From a virus, in IMG/VR virus record IMGVR_UViG_3300029194_000183, positions 9,970-73,969 of that record: a DNA stretch of 64,000 nucleotides; one strand, given 5' to 3'. Below are positions 18,801 to 27,300 of this stretch, one piece after another; within the stretch, counting starts at the first letter, position 1; the number at the start of each line of letters is the position of its first letter. Position numbers and translations under genes: made by a program. Under the pieces are notes generated by a model. That model saw only the letters and a list, made by a program, of their open reading frames with translations. It made no database searches and was not told the DNA's origin.

Positions 18801-20858
18801 ACCGCTTTCATCCGGAGTAAACGTCACCGGGATAATTCCGTGAACACTAAAGCCCTTATTGAGGCCATCCACCTGCATACAGCCACTCTTGCTATTGCCA
18901 TAGAGATAAACCTCACAAGATGGCATACTTTCATCGCTCCGGACGTACAGCGTATACTTTTTTGTTCTGTCGAGCCAGATGGACTCTCCGAAATACAGGG
19001 TATTTCTTCCCTGCTTGGGACCAAGGCTTCCATTGATGACCGTACCGGAGGCAACCCCCGAACTCACAGCCGTTGCACAAACCTGTCCGTCAGAGGCGCT
19101 TGCCTGAAAATCGATGGTGCGGATCATGTTGTTCCGGCGCAGCGGATCACTGATACGGTTGAGTGCGTTCAGATTACCAATCAAGCCTTTCGTGGCCGCG
19201 GATGCCTCTTTTGCCGGAAGATAGGTGCGGAGTTCGCTCTCCGAATAACGTCCTTCCACCAGATAGACCTGAATCGCACGATTGTCAAACACCGTATCCT
19301 GCTGCACCCAGATCCGCAGCTGATGCTTACCGGTCTGATGCGCCGGAATCAAACCACACGGGCTGTGAATGACATTGAATGCACGGGTCGCGCCGTTTTC
19401 CATGACATCTTTCCATGTGGTCTCATCCAACAGATAGACGGAGTATTCCAGATCCTTACGCTCATCCAACAGGAAGAGCGTATAGTCCTTCTCTTTATCC
19501 AGCATAAACGGGCTGGAAATCTGGACTGCATAGGTTCCAGCAGTCGGTCCCAGTTGTCCGTTCAGCACGGTTGCACCGAGGTTCAACGCACCAACTGGAG
19601 TCGATGTCCAAAGGGGTTCATTTTCTTCATTTTTCAGAATCACCTGTTTCATGACAATGAGATTGTTTTTTCTCACTTCATCTCGAACAGAGGCGATTTC
19701 TGCTACATTTCCCGACACATCAGCAACTGTAGAAAGCCCAAAGAAATCTCTCTGAGTATACTCGCCCTCCACAACGTACAGGTGAAGTTCATGATTCTCG
19801 AATTCACAGTTGGTCGAATAGATGCCTGCACGGAACATACCGCCGTTGTCGAACACAGCCGTTGCAATCTTCGTGTTTGCCGGCGTAAAGCCGCGGTTGA
19901 TACCGCCAACCTGCAGACAGTTTCCCGTGCCCACCTCATAGAAGTAGATGCCATACCCCACCTTGGGGGTAGTCTCATCAATGAAAACGGTGTATGGCGT
20001 GCCCGCTTTGAATGCCATGGGCTCCGTAAAGCGCAGGACACTTACATCATTTTCCCCTTCCTTCAAGGCACCGTTGATGATGACACCAGCCCGGTCGCCA
20101 TGTCCCAGCGAAACTGCTGTTGCCTTGACATCTCCAGAGGTATTGCTGGCACTGAAGTCCACCGTGTGTACCATATTCGCAGTGCGCATGGCATCACTGA
20201 CAGCAGCCATCCGGCCAATGTGGTTCACAGCCTCTTCCTGGTCTGCCCGTGCGCTCTCGAAACCGCTGCGGATATGCGCACCCAGATTCTCATGCGTGTT
20301 GCCGTCCGCATCCACACGAGCATCCAGAATCTCCGCATCCGAGGTCTTTCCCCCGGCAATGCTGTCCATCCGTTTGTTCAGCGTATCCTTGGCATCCTTC
20401 AGTTCCTGCCGGCCGGTGTTCAGGTCGGACTTGGCTTGTTCGACCTTGCCAGTCAACTCCGAACTGGTCTGTTCCAGATTCTCATTGACACGCTGTTCCG
20501 TTTCGGACAGCTCCTGACTGATCGCCTTGTGCGTATCATCCAGTTCCTTGCTGATTGCCGTATGGGTCTCCTGGAACTCCTGACTCATGGCATTCTTAAC
20601 TGCTGTAACATCACTGTGCATCTGCTGGACATCCACGTCCACGTCCTGTTCCAGCTTCCGCATCTGTGCGGAATAATGGGCACACAGCGACCAGTAACTC
20701 TCATCTGCCAGCGAGACACCCACAGGCACAGCCTTACGGCTGATATAGCTGTCACCGGTCTCGCCGTCCAGCACGATCATCAAGGGTTCATAGGTCTTCT
20801 TCTGGTCCCAGACACCCACATGGTCCGGTACCACTCGCTTGCCAACAAACTCTCCCAT
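15894..20858 (-). CDS. Giant tail fiber / receptor-binding protein (1654 aa): shared N-terminal module, about six tandem ~200-aa repeats, C-terminal CotH-like domain
   Basis: The N-terminus MGEFVGKRVVPDHVGVW...YWSLCAHYSAQ is paralogous to 13133–15751. Internal repeats carry (L/V)Y(V/L)VEG(E/R/A/K)Y...RKNN motifs. The C-terminus KANYIDFSHCRNIVAAKLWGQ...FPIMVAINDEYQGIYTLNIPKDKWMF resembles the CotH family pattern. Confidence 0.65.
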   Translation of the reverse strand: MGEFVGKRVVPDHVGVWDQKKTYEPLMIVLDGETGDSYISRKAVPVGVSLADESYWSLCAHYSAQMRKLEQDVDVDVQQMHSDVTAVKNAMSQEFQETHTAISKELDDTHKAISQELSETEQRVNENLEQTSSELTGKVEQAKSDLNTGRQELKDAKDTLNKRMDSIAGGKTSDAEILDARVDADGNTHENLGAHIRSGFESARADQEEAVNHIGRMAAVSDAMRTANMVHTVDFSASNTSGDVKATAVSLGHGDRAGVIINGALKEGENDVSVLRFTEPMAFKAGTPYTVFIDETTPKVGYGIYFYEVGTGNCLQVGGINRGFTPANTKIATAVFDNGGMFRAGIYSTNCEFENHELHLYVVEGEYTQRDFFGLSTVADVSGNVAEIASVRDEVRKNNLIVMKQVILKNEENEPLWTSTPVGALNLGATVLNGQLGPTAGTYAVQISSPFMLDKEKDYTLFLLDERKDLEYSVYLLDETTWKDVMENGATRAFNVIHSPCGLIPAHQTGKHQLRIWVQQDTVFDNRAIQVYLVEGRYSESELRTYLPAKEASAATKGLIGNLNALNRISDPLRRNNMIRTIDFQASASDGQVCATAVSSGVASGTVINGSLGPKQGRNTLYFGESIWLDRTKKYTLYVRSDESMPSCEVYLYGNSKSGCMQVDGLNKGFSVHGIIPVTFTPDESGYYRPGIYTSQDLNFPNCEMHLFVLEGVYAYDTVRGLVEFNDLNGSFTSLAAVHDNVRSKNLFRTINYGDSNPQTNAKIQMIADSDIDQASVKIVGNMGGTLALNSIRCTTLVPLTSGKTYTLLVREDEDCPALTVFLGDEVTYGSIQINGATVSVNTKNRHVYTFTADKDYSCRARVVCDTATTFDGQHIRVYLVEGAYTEQQMRSWAEYSELLQVKVDADQRVQVLSDREDARWISTHNGLENILTVSDRARMNNMVKTIDSVVRSNAGDVSATATALGVLDGAGIIVNGLMSSELNATILRISEPMHLEKGKAYTVHIVDDDPPAPYSMFFYRTTSSACLQQGGTNRGASAIGGRFEQVIPDTTGDYQMGIYATGAVFSNHLIHAYMYEGQDWSADDFYAYPKSDTLAAVISEMAAVKDDVRKKNLVRMLGNKGFLDGTGVYRLNSIGMPDPAGIMLNGTFGTASTTTYTNISEVFHLEAGQSYTILVRDTDKTVDYNMTLVDKTTGAAVKQNGMGLAFNVQKSPFGTFAPDASMDVRLRINYRKEMTLEDHILHVYVVEGKLSQTDMLAFAQEKEEEPEEDIGFPYESYNLPLLKLTGSMKGISKENKVKLAYAYGELTGNCTLKWQGASSLAYDKKNFTITFDEKRTIVEKWGAQKKYCLKANYIDFSHCRNIVAAKLWGQAVRTRPKRNEKLYDLPNGGAIDGFPIMVAINDEYQGIYTLNIPKDKWMFGMSDGAKECILTAETHAKGTQFAEEAKVDKTDFEMEYVPDESNTQWVKDSVNTLIRAVMNFSGTTAADVESALSPYLDLDSAVDYFIITSMFALTDNLDKNYILMTFDGVKWAFSEYDLDTAFGNCWNGKVYYNPDTVTTLKGFAGSHKLMGILYNCYRAKIKSRYASLRKNVLSEGNVQTVVSNFLVDIPKGLLDHEVVLWPKIPGTNTNNMSQIINWYRLKCIAMDAEVNAL

Positions 20859-20875
20859 TCTAGTTCCTTTCCGGC

Positions 20876-21625
20876 TTACGCCTCGTTGTATCTCACGATG
20901 AGGTGTCCCTCATCGTCCATCTCAAAAATCAGACCCAGCGCATCCCAGCTCTGGAACACCAAATGTCCATCCATATTGATGGACGAGGTGACCATGCCTT
21001 CCGCGATATCCTTCGCCACTTTATCAATGGTGCTGGACACAGACCCCTGCGCCAGTCCAAGCTTATCGTCCGAGCGCATCACGAGGTATCCGTCATCGGT
21101 GATGAGGAATTCCAGGATGCCCTTGGCGGCAGCATCCAACGCCTGCTTATAGGTCAGCGTGGCGATCTTGCCGTTCTTGACCGCTGCACGAGCCACATTC
21201 AGCACCAGACTGAACGAACCGATCACATCTCCCTCATCGGACAGAAGGTAGATGTCAATCGGGAACCTGCCGTATACTTCGGTCATAAAGGATGTGACCG
21301 TCAGGATGACCGCACCGTCATCTACGAACACAAGGTCCGGGCGGGTCTCACTGGAATACTGAAACACTGCACCGTCCGGCCGAGTAGCCGAGTAGCTGAC
21401 GATGGTGTCCTTACTGACCTTATACTCCAGCGAGTTCTGATACAGCCGACACCGCACTTTTCGGGCTTGGTTGTCGTACTGCTTGACCGGGATGTGGGTC
21501 GGGATCAGATTCTCTGTGAATGACAGTTCCACGTCCTGAAACACCGTGAACGACTTAGTCACCAGTGCCTCCTGCGCCGGTTCCTCCGCTGTCTGTACCA
21601 CTGCTTTCGCCTTCCTGTTTGCCAT
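20876..21625 (-). CDS. Baseplate/upper baseplate (BppU N-domain-like) protein
   Basis: FTVFQDVELSFTENLIPTHIPVKQYDNQARKVRCRLYQN resembles the BppU_N motif. RBS GGAGG precedes ATG 21625. An alternative GTG start at 21562 overlaps the upstream stop (GTGACTAA) and also has an AGGAGG RBS. Confidence 0.5.
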   Translation of the reverse strand: MANRKAKAVVQTAEEPAQEALVTKSFTVFQDVELSFTENLIPTHIPVKQYDNQARKVRCRLYQNSLEYKVSKDTIVSYSATRPDGAVFQYSSETRPDLVFVDDGAVILTVTSFMTEVYGRFPIDIYLLSDEGDVIGSFSLVLNVARAAVKNGKIATLTYKQALDAAAKGILEFLITDDGYLVMRSDDKLGLAQGSVSSTIDKVAKDIAEGMVTSSINMDGHLVFQSWDALGLIFEMDDEGHLIVRYNEA

Positions 21626-23495
21626 CTTCTTCGCCTCCTCCCTCTGTCGGGGTATCCGGATCGGGCTCAGGCGTTGTCGGCTCATAGCCTACCGTCTGCC
21701 AAATTTCTCCGTCCCACAGCTTCAGCCGCAGGGCGGTTGTATCGATCCAGAGTGCATTCGTTTTCGGATTCTTTGGTGCTGCCTCCTGCGCACAGATGGG
21801 CGGAGCATACCGCTCATCCAGTTTCGCAAGCAACGTTTCGGACAGCTTATCCGCTGTTCCGTACCGCTCGTCCAGCTTTTTAATCAGCTCTTCTGACAAG
21901 GCAGACGCGGTTTTATATCGTTCATCCAACTGTGCAAGCAGCACCTCGGACAGCTTATCTGCCGTACCGTAGCGTGCGTCCAGGCTTTTGATGAGTTCTT
22001 CCGACAAGGCGGATGCCGTCTTATACCGCTCATCCAACTGGTCGAGCAGTTCTTCAGTCAGTTCTCCGGCTTTCTTATAGCGTTCATCCAGCTCCTGCAG
22101 AGTGTTCTCCAGCAGCAACGCCGTCTTGACCGGGGAATCGTCTTTTTCCCAGCCATAGCCCCATGTTTTTCCGCCGTCCGTGGAAATGAATAATCCCGCT
22201 GGGCTGTTTTTCCACGCAAAGGTAGACTTTGCCAGTGACCCGGCATTGAAGGCATACCGCACGGTTTCGCCGTTCACCTCGGTCACGTTCTGGTAGTGCA
22301 GACCGAACAGGCCGGCCAGCAGGGTGCCGTCATAGACCATCGACACGGAAATGCCGCCGATCTGCTCACCCATGCTGGTCTCTACACGGAGCGCGGTGTT
22401 GTAGGCTTCATTGGCTGTGTTCCGGATGCTGCTCAGTGCCGTGGTCAGTGACGAGTTCCGGCTGCTGACCGTGGAGTTCGATAGCGTGATGCCTTCGTAG
22501 CGTTCCAGCAGACAGTCGTATTGTGTTTCGGTCACCTTGGAGCTGACCTCGATGCCGAGCTTGGAAATAAACACATGGACGGTATCGCACAGACTCACCT
22601 GCTCCGCTTCCACCACATCCTCATAGTCCGGGGTATTCCAGAGCTGGATAAAGTCGATGTCGATATCCACCTGTGGCTCGGTCAGGCTGGTGTTCTTCAG
22701 ATAATCCTGTGCAAAGGAGCGCATCATCTCATCCGTGGGCTTATCCTGAAATCCACTGGTGCAATCCAGTACTGTGATCTTCTGGTACGGCACCGACCGC
22801 TGCTCCACCAACACCACCTTTTCCGGCAACTCCGTCACCTCGCCGGTCTCGGAATTCTGCCAGTACGGATGTACACCCGTGATTACGCTCTCAATGTTCC
22901 TCTCCATCTTGAAGTCGATGAGGTTTTTGCCGTAGACGATATGCACGCCGTGGTCTGCGCCCCGGTGATGATGGAGCTTGACGGTGTATCGGTCCCACTC
23001 GTACTCTCCGCCAAAGGTGTCCAGCACCGAGCCGTCGATACCGCCGAGGCAGTTCCGAAAAGAGGACGGCACCGAGAGCCGAAAAGAGGCGCTGGAGGAG
23101 ATATCCGTCCAGACCTCAAAGGGGCACTCGGATGCCGCGTGGTTTCCCAGCCCCGCCAGCGCACCGGTGCAGCTGGTCGTGGCAAAAGGAGAAACCGTAA
23201 TGAAGTTTAGCTGATACGAGATGTGCCTTGCCTTGACAGTCAGCTTGCCGTCAATCGGCGTTGCGATTTTGTAGATACGGAACGGCTGCGATCTGCCTGT
23301 GTCGGATGGCTTTGCAAGGATGATGTTCCCTTCTTCCAGCTGATCCGCATGGATACCATCTGCTGGGTAGACCATCTCCAGCTCAAAGCTGCCATTGCGC
23401 TTTTCCGTCACCACACAGGAATGAGCATCTGCCATCTTGCCGATGCCGTTGTTGTCAAACTTTGTCTCCATGGATGCATACAGACAAGGGATCAT
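21555..23495 (-). CDS. Tail-associated lysin / prophage tail endopeptidase (Tal) with C-terminal coiled repeats
   Basis: The N-terminus METKFDNNGIGKMADAHSCVVTEKRNG...FRIYKIATPIDGKL is typical of the phage minor structural protein N-terminal region. Six LDERYKxA..LSEELIKxL repeats follow. The tail is Gly/Thr/Glu-rich. Confidence 0.65.
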   Translation of the reverse strand: MIPCLYASMETKFDNNGIGKMADAHSCVVTEKRNGSFELEMVYPADGIHADQLEEGNIILAKPSDTGRSQPFRIYKIATPIDGKLTVKARHISYQLNFITVSPFATTSCTGALAGLGNHAASECPFEVWTDISSSASFRLSVPSSFRNCLGGIDGSVLDTFGGEYEWDRYTVKLHHHRGADHGVHIVYGKNLIDFKMERNIESVITGVHPYWQNSETGEVTELPEKVVLVEQRSVPYQKITVLDCTSGFQDKPTDEMMRSFAQDYLKNTSLTEPQVDIDIDFIQLWNTPDYEDVVEAEQVSLCDTVHVFISKLGIEVSSKVTETQYDCLLERYEGITLSNSTVSSRNSSLTTALSSIRNTANEAYNTALRVETSMGEQIGGISVSMVYDGTLLAGLFGLHYQNVTEVNGETVRYAFNAGSLAKSTFAWKNSPAGLFISTDGGKTWGYGWEKDDSPVKTALLLENTLQELDERYKKAGELTEELLDQLDERYKTASALSEELIKSLDARYGTADKLSEVLLAQLDERYKTASALSEELIKKLDERYGTADKLSETLLAKLDERYAPPICAQEAAPKNPKTNALWIDTTALRLKLWDGEIWQTVGYEPTTPEPDPDTPTEGGGEEDGKQEGESSGTDSGGTGAGGTGD

Positions 23496-23513
23496 CCCGC
23501 TCCACCTCCTTCC

Positions 23514-24299
23514 TCACAGCGTCCACCAGCGCGGAGTCACTTCCACCGCCGTGATTCCGCCCGTCCATGCGATCTGCGTTTTTCCAGCCGGCAGTTCCGG
23601 GAAGTCGTCCGAGAGGATGGTTTCATTGCAAAAGCCGCCAGCATTGTAGGCATTGTGCGTCTCGCAGTTCAGCAGGACATAGTCCTTGATGCTGTGGATG
23701 GTAATGGATTCATCGCCCACATACAACACACCGCCCGAATCTCCGTAGACCTTGAAGATGGGCTGTGCCGGGAATGCGAATGGGTTCATGAGGTTGCTCC
23801 GGCTTTCCAGCCGCACAGTCTTCTGCCCTTCCACGCTCCACCGCTGGGGCTTGCAGTTGAACACCAGATTCATCTTGGCGGCTTTCTGCGCCGTCACATC
23901 GAACTCCATCGCTTCCGTACAGACAGCCATTCGGAAGAAATCCGGATCGTAGGTGTCCTGCAGCTTTTGGTAGCCGACCGGAGACAGCAGCCACGACTTG
24001 ACCGCTGCGGTCTTAGCGGGCAGACCGTTAAAGAAGAACGCTTCATACTTGATATCCACATTCTGATACCGCCGCCGACCCGCTTTGGCATTCTCGCTGA
24101 TGATGTCTCCGTTTCGGCCGGGAACCGACGTGCTTTCCACATCTACTGCCGGGGAATCATACACACCGGGTCCGGACAAATATAAAAGGAAGTCCTTGCT
24201 GGACTTCCCGGCAAAGGACAGATACTGCCGTGCAAACCGGCCCTTCAAATCAAATTGGGATACTGTCTTTTTCTCGGGCAAATAGCCCATACGCATCAC
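23514..24299 (-). CDS. Distal tail protein (Dit, siphovirus tail component)
   Basis: Position between tape measure and Tal, size 261 aa, and the typical sequence KKTVSQFDLKGRFARQYLSFAGKSSKDFLLYL... Confidence 0.7.
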   Translation of the reverse strand: MMRMGYLPEKKTVSQFDLKGRFARQYLSFAGKSSKDFLLYLSGPGVYDSPAVDVESTSVPGRNGDIISENAKAGRRRYQNVDIKYEAFFFNGLPAKTAAVKSWLLSPVGYQKLQDTYDPDFFRMAVCTEAMEFDVTAQKAAKMNLVFNCKPQRWSVEGQKTVRLESRSNLMNPFAFPAQPIFKVYGDSGGVLYVGDESITIHSIKDYVLLNCETHNAYNAGGFCNETILSDDFPELPAGKTQIAWTGGITAVEVTPRWWTL

Positions 24300-24302
24300 C
24301 TC

Positions 24303-27300
24303 TTACTTGTAGACCGAATCGTCCTGGTCGATCATCTCATTGATCTTGTCAGCCACGATCTGTGCCAGTTCGTTATCGTTCCGGGCGTTGTAGCCGTTCA
24401 CTGTGATGTGAACGCCACCCAGATTCGTGTTCTTTGTCGTTCCGCCGCCGGCCAGAGCAGCCTGCGGAAGATTCCAACCGCTTGTGTTCAGCCGGGGAAT
24501 ATTGATCTCCGGCAGGCTGAAGGAGCAGATTCCCGCCATCCCCTGCTGAACCTTAGAGGCCATAGACCGGATCTGCTTCAGCAGACCGCCCTCGCTGGCC
24601 TTGATGCCGCCAGTCAGCAGCTTCATGAAGTCAGGCATATAGGTGTCGGCATCTGCCAGCGGTCCTTCGTCCGGCACCGAGAAGTGCAGGAAACTGCGGA
24701 TGCCGTTTGCCACGCTCTTGGCGGCATTGCCGACCCACGACACGCCTTTCTTGATGCCTCCAGCGATACCGCTGACCACATCCTTGCCCCAGTTCACCGC
24801 CGAGGAAGCCACGTTCTTGACGCCGCTCCAGATGGAGGATGCCACGTTGCCGATGGCAGACGCCGCATTGGAGATGCCATTCTTAATGGCAGTCACACCA
24901 TTGGAGAACACAGAAGTGACCTTATTCCAGATGTTGGTCACGCCCTCCCGGAAACCATCGCAGTTCTTCCAGAGAGCGGCCAGCCCAAGGCCGACACCGC
25001 CGACTGCGGCCACCGCAATACCAGCAGGGCCAGCAAGACCAGCCAGTGCTGTACCTGCCGAGGCAAGCACACCGCCAGCCGAAGAAGCGATACCAGCCAA
25101 TGCACTGCCTGCACCGGCTGCAAGACCAGACACCGTTGTGCCAACAGAACCGAACAGCCCCGCAATCGCAGAACCGGCCGAGCCAGCGATACCGCCCAGC
25201 GTAGAGCCTACGCCGGAGAGTAACCCAGACAGGCTGCTGCCGACACCGCCGAGTTTGGAGAGGACACCGGTCGCTACACTGCCAAGGTTCGACAAGATGC
25301 CGGTTCCGCTGCTGCCAAGGCTGCCCAGCCTCGAGATAACACCGGTGATTCCTTGTCCCAGACCACCCATCTTGGAGGTCAGCCCGGAGATCAGGTTTCC
25401 GAAGTTTGAGACGATCTGCCCGCCATCGGCGTTTCCAATCTTCGACAGGAAACTCCCCACCTTTGTCAGCAGACCACCGCCGCCATCCGTTCCCAGTGCA
25501 TTGCCGAGGTTCGTGAGCGTCTCGCCCAAGCTGCCGAAGGTACTCTTCATGGAGCCGAGCTTGTCCACGATTCCGGTGACAGTGCTGACCGTATCACCCA
25601 CCTTGCTGATGCCCTCGCCCAGTCCTTTCAGAAAATCCGAGTTGAAGGTGTCACCGAGGCTGCGGATCGCGTTGCCCAGAGAACTGGTCTGGTCGCTCAA
25701 GTCTCCGATGGAGGTCTTCATGTCGGAGAAGCCCTGCTTCACTTCATCGCTCATGCTGCTGACCGATGTTTTGGTGATCTTTTCAAGGTCACTCCAGACA
25801 GACTTAAACTCGCTGGACATGCCTTCCAGACCGTTCATGAGCCCAGTTCGGATGCCGGATGCCAGTCCGCTTGCAGCAGACCGTACTCTGTTGGTGCTGC
25901 CAGTGATCGTTGAAGCAAATCCGCTCACCACAGACCTCACCTTATCGCCCATGTCTCCCACGGGCGTGTTCAGGTTGGTTTTCATGGAGCCGGACAGGGT
26001 CTTGACTGCCTTGACGACCTTGCCTTGATTCTTCTTGATACCACTCGCCAGCAGCTTCATGAAGTCCGGCATATACTCGTCCGCATCAGACAGAGGGCCA
26101 GTGTCAGGCACAGAGAAATGCAGCAGACTTCTGACCTTACTTGCCACATTCTCTGCAGCCCGGACGACCGAGCCAGCCGCCGCACGAACACCGGCCGCCA
26201 TCTGGGAGCAGATGTCACTGCCCCAGCTGTATGCCGAAGAAGCAATGGAGCTGAGAGAGTTAAAGCTGCTCTTGATGCCGGACACACCGGAAGAAACCGT
26301 GGAGCGCAGGTTCGACATTGCGCCGGACACCGCCGACTGCACGCCGGAGAAAGTAGAGCTGGTCGTGGACTTGACTCCGTTCCAGCCCGTGGATACCGTG
26401 GACTTCACAGAGTTCACAGCCGAAGTTGCCGTATTACGGATAGTATTCCAACTGGAACTGAGGACCGACTGGATGCTCGACCAACTGCTGCCGGTCAGGC
26501 TGCGGAGGTTGTTCCATCCCGCCGTGACGGAACTTTTGACCGCATTGACTGAGCTGGTGGTTGCACTCTTGATGCTGTTCCAGCTCGTATTCAGCACGGT
26601 CTGGATGGAATTCCAACTGGACGTTGTCAAACTTCGCAGATTCGTCCACCCGGTCGTGACGGAAGTTTTCACTGCGTTGACCGATGCTGTTGTCGCACTC
26701 TTGATGCTGTTCCAGCTCGTGTTCAGTGCCGTTTGGATGGAACTCCAACTGGATGTTGTCAACGTGCGCAGGTTTGTCCATCCATTGGTAACGGAAGTCT
26801 TCACTGCGTTCACGGCTGTGGTGCTTGCCGTTTTAATGGAATTCCAGCTTGCCGTCAGGCTCGACTGGATGCTGGACCAGCTGGATACCGTCAGGGAACG
26901 AAGCTGTGTCCAGCCGTTCGTCACTGCGGTCTTCACACTGTTCAGGCTGGTTGTCACGGAAGTCGTAATTCCGGTCCATGCCGTAGTGAGGTTGGTCTTG
27001 ACCGCATTCCATGCCGTAGTGGTATCCGAAGCGATGCCGGACCACGCTGCCGACATGGATGCCTTGATGCTATCGATCTGGGTCGTCACAGACTGTGCCA
27101 TGCCAGTACAGGCAGTCGATACGGAGGTAGACACACCCGACCATGCGGTCTGGGCTTCCGCCTCCACACCGGACCATGCGTTAGAGGTATCCGTTTTCAT
27201 CTGGGTGGTAGAGTCACTGGTCTTGCCGGTGATGGCATCCCAGATACCACCAAAGAATCCGGAGATTCCTTCCCATGCGCTGGAGATGCCGGACTTGATA

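Noticed and set aside
16155-21152. 1665-aa plus-strand ORF
   Set aside because: It is antisense to the well-supported giant tail-fiber gene. High GC keeps the antisense frame open. No RBS, and the composition is Arg/His/Gly-rich junk.
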